Counted from the stretch's first letter, positions 28,814-39,377 are shown. The stretch is 64,000 nucleotides of DNA from Deinococcales bacterium (GCA_031414595.1 JANNVX010000064.1:23519-87518); one strand, 5' to 3'. Program-made: numbers and translations. The notes: generated by a model not told the origin, from the sequence alone.

Positions 28814-29848
28814 TCATGCCAATCCTATTGCTTCTGCATACTCAAGTAAGTCCAAAGTCTGTCCGTGCTTCGAGCTTTCGGCGCAAGCCAGTGTTAAAGC
28901 CATCGTCATTAAGTGGTCACGCCCACTCGGGTAGGTGCTGGGTTCATCACGCACTGCACACAAGAAATCTTCGAGCAACCCGCGTGTGTCGTCTACAAAA
29001 TCTTCTTGAGGCTCGAGCATAATTTCTTCGGGGGTGGTTGCCCCAGCCTGCCAATACTCGAGACCCGCAAAAATATCGCGCTGGAAGAGCATTCCAGAAC
29101 TGCCATCGGTGCGCCACTGAAATTCGTTTTTAGAGTTTGTCCCCATCCACGTCCCGAAATACTGCAACTCCACGCCATTTTCAAACTCGAGCCACGCCGC
29201 AACTGTGGCATCCGAAGCGTACATGCTCCACGGTGGATTGGTGGTGCGCCCCCAAACGCGCTTGACTTCGGAATTGTAAATAAATCTGGCTAAATCAAGG
29301 TGATGAATGCTCTGCTCGAGCAGCATCGGTTGCTCCATCGTCAGTGGGTATTTATTCAGCAAAGGGCGTTTTCCGTCGCGGTAACGCCAATAGTTGATAC
29401 GCCCAAAACCGACCTGACCGAGCTTGCCGCCCACAATATATTCACGGCTTTTTTTGGTCGTCTCGAGATAGCGAAAATTCATACCGACACACAGATGAAT
29501 CCCCGCCTGTTCTGCCATATCTACACAGGCTCGAGCGGTAATGGCATCCAGCGCCAAAGGCTTTTCGCACAGCACGGGAATACCGCGCTTGGCACAAGCC
29601 GTAATCTGCTCGAGATGGACACTTGGTGGGGTGGAAAGCACCACTGCATCGGGTTTGAATTGCTCTAAGGCGGTTTCTAAATCAGTCAGGTGTGGAAACT
29701 CGAGGTTCAGCAGTTTTTCTTGCAATGTTTGCATCGCCTCCGCGCTCGGATCAACCCCAGCCACCAAACTCGAGCCAGCATTTTCGGCAATCACCCGCGC
29801 CCAGTGCCGCCCGCGAGTGCCAAGTCCAACAAGTAATGTGCGTATCAC
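28814..29848 (-). CDS. Gfo/Idh/MocA family oxidoreductase
   Basis: VGLGTRG, CEKPLA, EQSIHHLD. Confidence 0.92.
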   Translation of the reverse strand: MIRTLLVGLGTRGRHWARVIAENAGSSLVAGVDPSAEAMQTLQEKLLNLEFPHLTDLETALEQFKPDAVVLSTPPSVHLEQITACAKRGIPVLCEKPLALDAITARACVDMAEQAGIHLCVGMNFRYLETTKKSREYIVGGKLGQVGFGRINYWRYRDGKRPLLNKYPLTMEQPMLLEQSIHHLDLARFIYNSEVKRVWGRTTNPPWSMYASDATVAAWLEFENGVELQYFGTWMGTNSKNEFQWRTDGSSGMLFQRDIFAGLEYWQAGATTPEEIMLEPQEDFVDDTRGLLEDFLCAVRDEPSTYPSGRDHLMTMALTLACAESSKHGQTLDLLEYAEAIGLA

Positions 29849-29859
29849 ATGAAACTCCT

Positions 29860-30738
29860 TTAAGGTTTTGGTGGGTAGTCAAGTAAACCTTGCTCGAGGA
29901 GAATTTTAGGTTTGAACCTGAGTTCTTGCTTGATTTTGCTCGAGTCAATCGCACCGTGACGGGGTGGCATATAGGCATTCCAAACTGAGGCTTTGTTGAG
30001 GTCGCCATAAACAATTTGGTAGGTATTGAGAATCCACGAAGCACTAATGGCTATACCGCCAACATTGTACAGATGCGTTTTTTTATCGCCTCGGCGTTTA
30101 GCGATGATTTGGATTAAACGGGCTAAATCGGTAGTGTGCAGAAAATTGTATTCGTCAAAGTTTTTATGCGGCAAAACTATGTTTTTCGGACCAAGAAACT
30201 GTTCTGCCATTTGCCCAATTACAGACACCCCTACTCGAGTTCCAGAAGCCTGTTCGTTCGGTCCGTAAATCGCCGCCAGACGCAAAATCCATAGGGTCAT
30301 GCCTTCGGGCTTGCCAAGTTCGCAACTCTGTTCGGCAAGGGTTTTGGAGAGGCTGTAGGCTTTGTCATTACGAAGTATTCCGTCTTCGCCAATCGGTGTG
30401 GCTTGTTCTGGTGCATAGACCCCAGCCGAACTGAGTAGAATAAAGTGTTTGACTTTTGCTTCTCGAGCCGCGAACATTGCATTGATTGTGCCTTGGACAT
30501 TAACTTCGATTAAATCAAGTTCGTCGTCTCGAGTGGCAGTGGTGCGAGCCGCCGCATGAACCAAAACTGTAGGCTGATGCTCGAGTGCCAGCGCGGTTAG
30601 ATGGTCGCAGTCAAGCACATTGAGTCTGTATCGGGTACTATGAACATCACCGTCCAGCACTTCAAAACCAAGCTGCTCGAGTGACTGAGTTAATGCCTGT
30701 CCAACAAATCCACCTGCTCCTGTGAGTAGTATTTTCAT
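29860..30738 (-). CDS. NAD-dependent epimerase/dehydratase
   Basis: TGAGGFVG, HAAA, SSAGVY, YSLSK. Confidence 0.9.
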   Translation of the reverse strand: MKILLTGAGGFVGQALTQSLEQLGFEVLDGDVHSTRYRLNVLDCDHLTALALEHQPTVLVHAAARTTATRDDELDLIEVNVQGTINAMFAAREAKVKHFILLSSAGVYAPEQATPIGEDGILRNDKAYSLSKTLAEQSCELGKPEGMTLWILRLAAIYGPNEQASGTRVGVSVIGQMAEQFLGPKNIVLPHKNFDEYNFLHTTDLARLIQIIAKRRGDKKTHLYNVGGIAISASWILNTYQIVYGDLNKASVWNAYMPPRHGAIDSSKIKQELRFKPKILLEQGLLDYPPKP

Positions 30739-32108
30739 GGGCGTACAAACCTCCCGTCCCCCGCTACACCAATCACTGCACCATCAAGAAAAACTGTTTT
30801 TCCATGCACAATCGTGCGCTTGACTTGCCCTTGAAAGATTTTGCCATCAAAAAAGTAATCGTTGGCTCGAGCTTGACTAAATTCTTTATTTTTGTCCACG
30901 ACAGTTTGGGCGTTTAAGTCCACCAAGATTAAATCTGCGTCGGCACTGGGTTGCACCGCCCCTTTTTGTGGGTAAATCCCAAAACGTTTTGCGCCAGCGC
31001 TGGACATCAGTTCAACCGCTTTCTCGAGACTGATTTTTTGGTTTCCTACGGCATCCAGCAACATTGGTACAAGTTGTTCTACCCCTGGTGCGCCGGGTGG
31101 AGCAAGCCAAATATCGGTTTTGGCGCGTTCTTTTTCTTCAACCGTAAATGGCGAGTGGTCGGTAGTCACACTTTGCAGTGTGCCGTCCTGAATACCTTCC
31201 CAGAGCGCAGCATTATCCTCGAGTGTCCGCAAGGGCGGGTTAATTTTGGCGTAACTGCCGTACTGCTTAAGCTCTGCCTCGGTAAAAAGCAAATACTGTG
31301 GACAGGTCTCGCCACTGATGTCTTGTCCAGCTTTTTGCCATTTTCGTAACGTCTCGAGGGCATGTTTTGAAGTCACATGGGCAATATGAAGTTTTGCGCC
31401 AATCAAGTCGTTCATCGTGGCAATTTTGGCAATGGCTAACGCCTCCACCAAGGCTGGACGAGATTCACCGTGAGTGGCTGCATCGTTGCGTCCTGTGCTT
31501 CTGACTTTGGCGCTGTAATACTCGAGGAGTGGGTTACTTTCGGCATGAACCACAAGGGTTAGTCCAGTATGGCGCACCAATTCTAAGCACTCGAGTTGCT
31601 GCCATTCTTCGGGGATACACAGCCCATCAAATTCATCTTCGCGCCCTAGAACGGCTGCTGTGGTAAAAATCTTAAAGCCAATTGCACCCGCCTCCACCAT
31701 CCCTTGAACAAATTCGGGTTTGAGCATTCCGGGTGCGCCGTACAGCGCAAAATTGACCACGGCTTCGCGTTCGGCTTGGATTCGTCTCGAGGTCAGGATT
31801 TCTGGTGTAGCACAACACGGCTTGGAAATCGGCATTTCAAAAACCGTGGTTACTCCACCCGCCGCAGCCGCTCGGGTTTCCGTAGTCCATGTGCCACGTT
31901 CTGGGTAGGCTGGAGCGCGAACATGAAAATGAATATCTACCGCGCCGGGCAGTAAATGTAAGCCAGTCGCATCTATAATTTCTTTGGCTTCGGCAGTCGT
32001 GTTCGGCTCGAGCAGTGCCGCAATTTTACCGTTCTCGAGGGCAACATCTAGGCGTTTGGTGGCTTGGGGTGTAACAACTACTGCACCGCGAATGAGGGTA
32101 TCAAACAT
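30735..32108 (-). CDS. Cyclic amidohydrolase (allantoinase/dihydroorotase/hydantoinase family)
   Basis: DIHFH, AAAGGVTT..MP, GFKIF, HAE, HIAHV, KINPPLR, TDHSP. Confidence 0.9.
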   Translation of the reverse strand: MFDTLIRGAVVVTPQATKRLDVALENGKIAALLEPNTTAEAKEIIDATGLHLLPGAVDIHFHVRAPAYPERGTWTTETRAAAAGGVTTVFEMPISKPCCATPEILTSRRIQAEREAVVNFALYGAPGMLKPEFVQGMVEAGAIGFKIFTTAAVLGREDEFDGLCIPEEWQQLECLELVRHTGLTLVVHAESNPLLEYYSAKVRSTGRNDAATHGESRPALVEALAIAKIATMNDLIGAKLHIAHVTSKHALETLRKWQKAGQDISGETCPQYLLFTEAELKQYGSYAKINPPLRTLEDNAALWEGIQDGTLQSVTTDHSPFTVEEKERAKTDIWLAPPGAPGVEQLVPMLLDAVGNQKISLEKAVELMSSAGAKRFGIYPQKGAVQPSADADLILVDLNAQTVVDKNKEFSQARANDYFFDGKIFQGQVKRTIVHGKTVFLDGAVIGVAGDGRFVRP

Positions 32109-33264
32109 GGTCTTCCCCACTTAAATGCTGTTTTAGAAAACCGTTCAGGACTGCAAAACACTGCTCGAGTTGACTGATTTCGACATATTCATCAAATGAA
32201 TGTGCCACTTCATAACTGCCGGGTCCAAAAATCACCATATCGCCCCGAACCAAGTTCATTAAGTGTTTGGCATCAGAACCGGGCAAGTAGCCAATTGGCT
32301 CGAGCGGTGTTTGGGTGGCTTGGCTCGAATACTGTAAAAAGGCTTTGCCCAAAGGGGTTTCCAACCGCGATTCAAACCAACTTGAGTATTGAAATTCACT
32401 GATTTTAGCCGTGGCTGGCGAAAGGTCGGTCATTGCCACGACTTGCTCGAGTTCGTGTTGGACAGTCTTGGGGTTTTCACCCGGAATCATGCGTCGGTCT
32501 AGCCGTATCAGACATTGGTCTGCCACCGCGTTGGCGGTGCTGCCACCCTGAATCACCCCGATGTTGCAAGTCGGAACGCCAACCAAAGGATGCAAATGTT
32601 CGGTCAAACGATAATGGTACGCCTCAAGTGCCAAGACAAGCCTTGCCATGGCGTTAATCGCGTTAATCCCACGACTTGGGTTGGTGGCATGGACGCTATG
32701 CCCCTGTGTAGTGATGGTGGCACGCATTACGCCCTTGTGAGCCGTCGCAACACGGTTGGCGGTTTGTTCACCGACCACAATCAAATCGCAAATTGGTAAA
32801 TGCCCAGATTCGGCTAACCAGCGCGTCCCCATTTGTCCACCCATCTCTTCGTCGGCTGCCGCCACCAAAACCAGTGTACCAAGGGGTTTTCCTCGAGATG
32901 CTTGGTGTTTCATGGTCAACATCATCGCCGCAAGCGGGGCTTTATCGTCCACACTGCCTTTACCATAAATTCGTCCATTTTGCTCGAGTGCAACAAAAGG
33001 GTCAGACGACCATCGTTCGCCTTCGGTTTCTGCCACGGGTACAGTATCCGAATGGGCATGGAGCATCACCACTGGCTCACCTTGTCCGATGGTTGCCACG
33101 ACACTCTGTATTTGCGGATGCTCGATTGGCGCAAGCACCTGCACTGTTGCCCCAATCTGCTCGAGCCAAGCGGCAATAAAACCCGAGATGGCGCTGTTAT
33201 CGCCAGGAGGATTGACCGAAGGAATGGCAATCAGGTTTTTAAGTAAATCAACCAATTCATGCAC
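32101..33264 (-). CDS. M20 metallopeptidase (ArgE/DapE-like deacylase)
   Basis: HSDTV, GKGSVDDK, ADEE, GEQ, AHSFDE. Confidence 0.9.
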   Translation of the reverse strand: MHELVDLLKNLIAIPSVNPPGDNSAISGFIAAWLEQIGATVQVLAPIEHPQIQSVVATIGQGEPVVMLHAHSDTVPVAETEGERWSSDPFVALEQNGRIYGKGSVDDKAPLAAMMLTMKHQASRGKPLGTLVLVAAADEEMGGQMGTRWLAESGHLPICDLIVVGEQTANRVATAHKGVMRATITTQGHSVHATNPSRGINAINAMARLVLALEAYHYRLTEHLHPLVGVPTCNIGVIQGGSTANAVADQCLIRLDRRMIPGENPKTVQHELEQVVAMTDLSPATAKISEFQYSSWFESRLETPLGKAFLQYSSQATQTPLEPIGYLPGSDAKHLMNLVRGDMVIFGPGSYEVAHSFDEYVEISQLEQCFAVLNGFLKQHLSGEDHV

Positions 33265-33298
33265 CGTGTCTCACCACCTTGTCTCGAGTTTGGCTTCT

Positions 33299-34279
33299 TC
33301 ACGTCAATATCCCTTGAACCTCGGCAAAGAAACAACACCAATCGCCGACGGTTACATTGGGTAAGGCTCGTAAACCAAAAATTCTGCCATCGGCTGGGGC
33401 GGTTAAAGTCTCTTGTAAATCGCCGTAAACATCGTAAATTCGGGCAATCACATCGCCTTTTTTCATCGTTTTTTTGAATTCGGCTGACTCATCGGCTAGA
33501 AATAAACCACTGCATGGTGCAAGCAGCGCATGTTGCACACCTGTATAACGTGGCTCGGCGTATCTGGCTTGCCCGTCCAGCATCTTGTAATGACGCATCA
33601 CGTTCAGGGCAGCATCCGCCAAGACCCGTCCAACTCGAGCAAAATCTTTTGGGCTGGTGGCACTTCGCCCACCGAGTTCAACTGTAATTCCCGTCTTACC
33701 GACCTCGAGCATCGAAGCCATTGGATTACCTTTGGGCAAAAAGGCTTTCAGGGCTAAGTCCCAACCCTCACCCATTGCCTTGGCGAGTTCCTGAGATTTT
33801 GCGTCCTCGGTGGCAAAAATTGTCTCAGACAAATACGAATGCGCTCCGCCCGAATGGATGCTCAGTTCTAAATCCGCTACCTTGATCATCCACAGGCTAT
33901 GTTCATAACAAATCCGTTCCGAAAAATACCCGTTCGGCTTACCAGGGTAAATTCGGTTCATGTCGTAGCTGAACGTATCGAGCGGATTACCTCGAGAGGC
34001 GGCTTCAAAGGCTGGCACATTGATGACTGGCACAAGCACCAACGACCCGTGCAACTCGGCGGGATTGACTTCACGGCGCAGGATATGGCACATCAAAGGA
34101 CCTTCGGGTTCATCGCCATGAATTGCGCCATCTACCCACAAGCAAGGACCATCATGTGCGCCGTTAATCACCACCACGGGAATCTCGAGTGGTGTCCCAC
34201 CCGCCAGTTTAGAGACGGGGATTGCACCAAGTGCCACGCTATTTGGCTCGGCTTTGGCTGTTCCAACTGTAATTGTCAT
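33299..34279 (-). CDS. Succinylglutamate desuccinylase/aspartoacylase family (M14-like)
   Basis: HGDEPEG, DMNRIYPG, IHSGG, TVELGG. Confidence 0.9.
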   Translation of the reverse strand: MTITVGTAKAEPNSVALGAIPVSKLAGGTPLEIPVVVINGAHDGPCLWVDGAIHGDEPEGPLMCHILRREVNPAELHGSLVLVPVINVPAFEAASRGNPLDTFSYDMNRIYPGKPNGYFSERICYEHSLWMIKVADLELSIHSGGAHSYLSETIFATEDAKSQELAKAMGEGWDLALKAFLPKGNPMASMLEVGKTGITVELGGRSATSPKDFARVGRVLADAALNVMRHYKMLDGQARYAEPRYTGVQHALLAPCSGLFLADESAEFKKTMKKGDVIARIYDVYGDLQETLTAPADGRIFGLRALPNVTVGDWCCFFAEVQGILT

Positions 34280-34324
34280 GGTTCTCCTCAAATGAAATAG
34301 ACTTGAAAACAGATTGCTCGAGGT

Positions 34325-34348
34325 GGGCGAGGCATACCTCGCCCCTAC
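34325..34348 (-). repeat. GTAG-type REP-like palindrome
   Basis: Minus strand GTAGGGGCGAGGTATGCCTCGCCC. Confidence 0.7.
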
Positions 34349-34381
34349 GGTGGATGACTCATTTTTTTGCTGTCCTTCTAA

Positions 34382-34413
34382 AAGCTAGAAGCTAGTGACT
34401 AGCAGCTAGAAGC
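34382..34413. repeat. Heptamer tandem repeat (core CTAG)
   Basis: aagctag aagctag tgactag cagctag aagc. Confidence 0.65.
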
Positions 34414-34417
34414 CAAA

Positions 34418-34891
34418 TCAAATCCCTTGTACTTTTTGGTACTGCTCGAGTTCTTCTGGGGTATAAACCTGCATAAATTCGATTTCGATACCACCCGCGT
34501 CGTTGTCTAAAAATGCGACGTAACCTTCTGGGTGCGGGTGCGAACCATACACATCACACGCTTTACAAATGCGTAAACTTGCGCCGTGGGCTTGAGCATG
34601 TTCGAGAGCAGCTTTTATATCGCTGACTTCATAGCAAATATGATGCAGTCCTTCGGCGTTCCGTTCGGCAATCCAGGCTGCGAAACGTCCGTCGGCATCC
34701 ATGCTTTCGCAAAGTTGATACTCGATGTTACCAAGGTTAAACAGCGCCACGCGATTGCGTGATTTTTGGTACTCGAGAATTGGCGTGTCGGCTGGCACAT
34801 CCAAGAATCTCGAGTAGGTCTCGAGGGCTTTTTTGGCATCACGCACTGCAAACGCCATGTGCTTAATAGATTTAACTTCTGGGTTTGTCAT
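34418..34891 (-). CDS. VOC family protein (methylmalonyl-CoA epimerase-like)
   Basis: KHMAFAVRD, EGLHHICYEV, IEIEFMQ. Confidence 0.85.
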   Translation of the reverse strand: MTNPEVKSIKHMAFAVRDAKKALETYSRFLDVPADTPILEYQKSRNRVALFNLGNIEYQLCESMDADGRFAAWIAERNAEGLHHICYEVSDIKAALEHAQAHGASLRICKACDVYGSHPHPEGYVAFLDNDAGGIEIEFMQVYTPEELEQYQKVQGI

Positions 34892-36066
34892 GCTTCCCCT
34901 TTTAACTTTGGTAGGGCTTTAGCAATTCGTTCCGCCGCTTCTTCTAATTTTTGAATTGGTTGCAATAATGAAATACGAATAAAATCATCGCTGTGGTCGC
35001 CAAATAACGAACCGGGGAAAATCATCACTTTGGCTTCCTCGAGTAAGCGCACACAAAAATTTCCAGCCCCTAAACCTGTGCTGCTGATATTGGTGTACAA
35101 ATAAAATGCACCTTGAGGTTGTCCATAAGTCAGCCCTAAATTATCCAGTACCTTGCGAAAATAAGTGCGTCTCGAGGCAAAAATTTGGCGGTACTCGAGA
35201 ACACAATCTTGCGAACCCCGCAACGCCGCCAATGCTGCATGTTGCGAAACCGCAGGGGCGCAAATTGTTAAACCATGATGAATTTCATTCATTGGAATCA
35301 CCAATTCTCGAGGGGCAGCAAAATAACCAATGCGCCAACCCGTCATGGCGTAGGCTTTAGAAAAACCATTAACGGTGATGGTGCGTTCCTTCATGTTTGG
35401 TAGGCTGGCAAAACTGGTCACGGATGAACCGTCATAAACGAGGCGTTCGTAAATTTCATCGGAAATGACAATTAAGTTAAATTCGATAGCTAAAGCCGCC
35501 AGTTTCTCAATTTCTGTTCTTGGCGTGACTGCTCCAGTCGGATTACTTGGGTTCATCAAACACAAAATTCTCGAGCGAGGCGTGATTTTTGCCCGAACCG
35601 CTTCGGCAGTCAATGCAAAATTATCTTTTTGGAAGGTTGGCACAGTCACAACCACGCCCCCCGCCAATTCAACCGCTTGATTGTAAGAAGTGTAACCCGG
35701 AGAAGTCAGCAGTACCTCGTCACCAGCATTTAGAAGCGCCAGCATACTGACATAAATACCTTCTTGCGCTCCTGCCGTGACCACAATTTCATCTGCGGTA
35801 TAGTGCAAAGAATTTTCTGTCTCGAGCTTATGGCAAATGGCTTGACGCAACTCGAGCAAGCCTTGCGGTGCAGTGTAATGGGTTGCCCCAGCCGCCAATG
35901 CCTTCTGTCCCGCCTCGATGATATGAATTGGCGTAGGCAAATCTGGGTCGCCACGCCCAAGCGCAATCACACCGTCCAGCTTAGCGGCAATGCCCAGCAT
36001 CTTGGTGCGAATAGATTCATCTTGATGAATAATCCGGTCCGCAATTTGGTAACGCATGGTACTCAC
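34888..36066 (-). CDS. PLP-dependent aminotransferase class I/II
   Basis: LGRGDPD, PSNPTG, SDEIY, SKAYAMTGWRIG; GTG start after AAAGGAG. Confidence 0.95.
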   Translation of the reverse strand: MSTMRYQIADRIIHQDESIRTKMLGIAAKLDGVIALGRGDPDLPTPIHIIEAGQKALAAGATHYTAPQGLLELRQAICHKLETENSLHYTADEIVVTAGAQEGIYVSMLALLNAGDEVLLTSPGYTSYNQAVELAGGVVVTVPTFQKDNFALTAEAVRAKITPRSRILCLMNPSNPTGAVTPRTEIEKLAALAIEFNLIVISDEIYERLVYDGSSVTSFASLPNMKERTITVNGFSKAYAMTGWRIGYFAAPRELVIPMNEIHHGLTICAPAVSQHAALAALRGSQDCVLEYRQIFASRRTYFRKVLDNLGLTYGQPQGAFYLYTNISSTGLGAGNFCVRLLEEAKVMIFPGSLFGDHSDDFIRISLLQPIQKLEEAAERIAKALPKLKGEA

Positions 36067-36111
36067 AAAATCTCCTTTGGTTGACTGCTGCACACAAGAA
36101 CGTGAATTCCG

Positions 36112-36228
36112 ACGAACTCCCCCTCGCTTCGCTCGACCCCTCCATGAGGGGTGCTAAGGTCAAGGTCTGGCACTTTGCCCCCCTCATGGAGGGGGAAACT
36201 CGAGCGAAGCGCGAGTGGGGGAGTTCGT
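36112..36228. repeat. Long imperfect inverted repeat (miniature palindromic element)
   Basis: acgaactccccc..ttcgctcga..ctccatgagggg / cccctcatggag..tcgagcgaa..gggggagttcgt. Confidence 0.75.
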
Positions 36229-36302
36229 GACCAATTGCGTTTTGCCAAGATACTTTGAGGCTGTTTTGTCTCGAGTTTTTATCTCGAGACACGGCGTTTG
36301 AT

Positions 36303-38135
36303 TTAGCGCTTTACATAAGCTGTGTCTAAGAAATTAAAGAGTTCGCCAATGTAACCGTTGGCGGTGCTTTGGAATGCGCCCATTGGGTCTTTGAGTTGGT
36401 CTTGGGTGTTGCCAACGCGGTTTTTATAGGCAACATGTAAGCCTCGAGTGTACAAGTAGACCAAAGGTAGGTTCTCGGCAGCCACTTTTTGAAATTGGTC
36501 GTAGATTTGTTTGCGAGCAGCCGTGTCCAGTGTCGAAAGCCCTTGGGTAACCAGTTTATCCAAGAGGATTTCAAAGGATTCTGGTTTTTCGGGTTTGCTC
36601 TGCCCAGCACGGTTTAAGTTCCAGATATGCGCCACACCGTTTAAGTTGTACAAGTTACGGCGGGTCGGTGGGTCAGAAACACCACCAAAATCGGTGAACG
36701 ACAAATCAAAGTTGCGAGTGCCATCTGGGTTAAAGTTGCGAAGCGCTGGGTTAATCACACTGCCATTGTCTGCCACGGTAAAACTGGCATCAATACCAAC
36801 TTTTTTCATGTCTTCGATGATGATTGGCGCAGCCACTTTTTGTAGGGCTTCGGTCGAGACCACCAAGGCGTTCATTTTGATGGCTTCGCCTTTGCTGTTG
36901 ACCAAAAAGCCACTCGAGTTTTTGCGGGTAAAACCAAGTTCACGCAGCAAGGTAGCAGCTCGAGTCGGGTTGTAACTAAATTTGCTGCTGCCTTCGACAA
37001 ATAAACTGTCGTTGTACCATTTGGTGTTACCGCTCGAGATAGGTCCGTACAATGGTTTGCCCAGTCCGCCCAATCCGACTTTGACAATTGTTTCACGGTC
37101 TACAAGGTGCGATAAGGCACGGCGGAATTTTGCATTGCGGCAGAGGGTGGCTTTGAACGGGTCTTTGTTTTGGAAGTTGCAAAAAATCGTCGAGGTCACA
37201 GCCGTTTGGGTGATGTTGATTTTCAGTTCGCCATCCAAACGTCCACTGCTGATGGCTTGGCGGACTCCTTGCACCTCGTCTATGGTCAGTGGTTGGAAAA
37301 CATCTTGTTGCCCAGCAATAAAACCAGCCAGACGTGCGTTGGTATCGGCAAAGTTCTTAGCGATAATGCGGTCTAAGTACGGTAATTTATTGCCTTTTTC
37401 GTCTACGCCCCAATAATCGGGGTTGCGGCGCAAGGTCATTTCTTCACCCGGTTTATAGGACTCAACCAAGAAAGGTCCTGCCCCAACGATGTTTTTAGGG
37501 TCGGTGCTGACATTGTACGCGCCTTGGACAGCCGCTTCGCCGCGTTCGGCAAGGGGTTGCCAAATGTGCTTAGGCACAATAGACCAGTCAGCTAAGTCAA
37601 GGAAGGCTGCATCGGTGATGTTTAAGGTCATGCGAACCGTGTCTGCATCTACTTTCGTCCATTTAATTTCTTTGCCCGCTTGGGTAAAATCTGAGCGCTG
37701 TCTCGAGTTGATTTTGACGTTGCTGTGCAACTCGGCGCTGTAAATGATGTCATCGGCGGTCAGCGCTCTGCCATCTGACCATTTGATGCCTGTGCGGATA
37801 TTAAAGTTTACATCCAAACCGCGCTGCGTTACACTGGTACAAACATAGCATTCGTTCTGACCTGTGGCAGCATTAAACTGTACCAACTGCGGAAACCAGA
37901 GGTACTGAATAAAGGTGTCCGAAAGCGACTGCACCGTAAACGGATTAAAAGTTGGTGGCAAACCAACCAAGCCGTAAGTCAGTGTTCCGCCTTTAACGGC
38001 TGTACCATCACCGCCAAAACGTGCTGTGCGAACCAAAGCCTGCGAGGACTGTTGGGCTTGTCCCTGAATCGAAACCACTGCTGCTGCAACCACCAGCGCA
38101 GCCCCGAGCCAACTGAGTTTTGAGCGAACGTTCAT
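36303..38135 (-). CDS. ABC transporter substrate-binding protein (family 5)
   Basis: Signal peptide, TFNPF, KWSDGRALTADDIIYS, GAGPF, RNPDYW, FRRALSHLVDRE. Confidence 0.92.
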   Translation of the reverse strand: MNVRSKLSWLGAALVVAAAVVSIQGQAQQSSQALVRTARFGGDGTAVKGGTLTYGLVGLPPTFNPFTVQSLSDTFIQYLWFPQLVQFNAATGQNECYVCTSVTQRGLDVNFNIRTGIKWSDGRALTADDIIYSAELHSNVKINSRQRSDFTQAGKEIKWTKVDADTVRMTLNITDAAFLDLADWSIVPKHIWQPLAERGEAAVQGAYNVSTDPKNIVGAGPFLVESYKPGEEMTLRRNPDYWGVDEKGNKLPYLDRIIAKNFADTNARLAGFIAGQQDVFQPLTIDEVQGVRQAISSGRLDGELKINITQTAVTSTIFCNFQNKDPFKATLCRNAKFRRALSHLVDRETIVKVGLGGLGKPLYGPISSGNTKWYNDSLFVEGSSKFSYNPTRAATLLRELGFTRKNSSGFLVNSKGEAIKMNALVVSTEALQKVAAPIIIEDMKKVGIDASFTVADNGSVINPALRNFNPDGTRNFDLSFTDFGGVSDPPTRRNLYNLNGVAHIWNLNRAGQSKPEKPESFEILLDKLVTQGLSTLDTAARKQIYDQFQKVAAENLPLVYLYTRGLHVAYKNRVGNTQDQLKDPMGAFQSTANGYIGELFNFLDTAYVKR

Positions 38136-38207
38136 ACTTCCTCCTTTGAAACCAAGCACCTTGTCTTCTCGAGCCGCTAATTTAAGTTAGAAATCGTTTC
38201 AAATAGA

Positions 38208-39377
38208 TCACCGCCTTGCCTTGGGGTCAAGTGCATCACGTAAACCGTCCCCCACAAAATTAAAAGCCAGTACCGCCACGAAAATAAAGAAGCCCGGAAG
38301 TAACATCCACGGTCTCGAGGTAAAAGTCTGCATTCCGCCTTCTTGTGCCACCGCCAGCATCAAACCCCAACTCGAGTTTGGGTCACTTATCCCAAGCCCA
38401 AGAAAACTCAGTCCAGATTCGGTCAAGATAAACCCCGGAATCAGCAGGCTAAACGAGACAATCGCAAAACTGGCAGTGGCGGGCAGAACATGCCTAAAAA
38501 TAATTCGAGCATCCGCCGCCCCAAGCCCGCGAGCCGCCATCACAAAGTCTTCTTCGCGTAAGCTCAGCACCTGACCACGCACTGCTCGAGCCACAGGACC
38601 CCAACGGATTAAACCAAGAATCATCACCACCACAAAATAAACCACCCCAGACTTGGCATCCAAAGGAAATAGCGCCCGCAGTGCCAGCAGCAAAAATAAA
38701 CCGGGAATGGTCGCCAATATCTCGACGATACGCATAATAAAATCATCCAACCAACCGCCATAAAAACCAGAAATTGCGCCCATCACTACACCGACAATTA
38801 GGGATAGGGTGGCAGCCATAATCCCGATGGTCAGTGTCACCCTTGCGCCAAACAGAATCCGGCTAAAGACATCGCGCCCAAGTTTATCTGCCCCCCAAAC
38901 AAAAAGCGTGGCGGGTTTGTCTACCCCAAAAAGCCGTAAGGAAATTTGTGGGTCAAAACCCGAAGCATTGCGCCATGAAACTGGAATCAGGTTAATTGGA
39001 AACGGGGTGTACGGCTGCCCACTGGTCAAGAGTTTAATCGGAAAACGCTGCGTAATGTCTTCTTTGTACTCGAGTTCCAAGGTGTCCAGATTTAGGCTGC
39101 TCGAGACATTATAAACAAAGGGTAAGGTTAAGCTCTTGGTCTCGGGGTCAATCCAATGCACCTTGGTTGGCGGGGCGTAACTGCGGTCAATTGCGCCTCG
39201 AAAAAAAGATTCAGATTCGCCGTAAGGGGAAATAAAATCAGCCATTGCTGCCAGAGCATAGAAAAACCCCAGTACCCATAAACTCAGCACTGCCAAACCG
39301 TGCTTGGCAAATTGAGTCCGCACCACTTGCCCTCGAGACAAGGCTTTGACGGGCGTGTTTTCGGTTAATAAGCTCAT
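38208..39377 (-). CDS. Peptide ABC permease (OppC-like)
   Basis: GADKLGRDVFSR, EDFVMAARGLG, GDGLRDALDP. Confidence 0.93.
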   Translation of the reverse strand: MSLLTENTPVKALSRGQVVRTQFAKHGLAVLSLWVLGFFYALAAMADFISPYGESESFFRGAIDRSYAPPTKVHWIDPETKSLTLPFVYNVSSSLNLDTLELEYKEDITQRFPIKLLTSGQPYTPFPINLIPVSWRNASGFDPQISLRLFGVDKPATLFVWGADKLGRDVFSRILFGARVTLTIGIMAATLSLIVGVVMGAISGFYGGWLDDFIMRIVEILATIPGLFLLLALRALFPLDAKSGVVYFVVVMILGLIRWGPVARAVRGQVLSLREEDFVMAARGLGAADARIIFRHVLPATASFAIVSFSLLIPGFILTESGLSFLGLGISDPNSSWGLMLAVAQEGGMQTFTSRPWMLLPGFFIFVAVLAFNFVGDGLRDALDPKARR

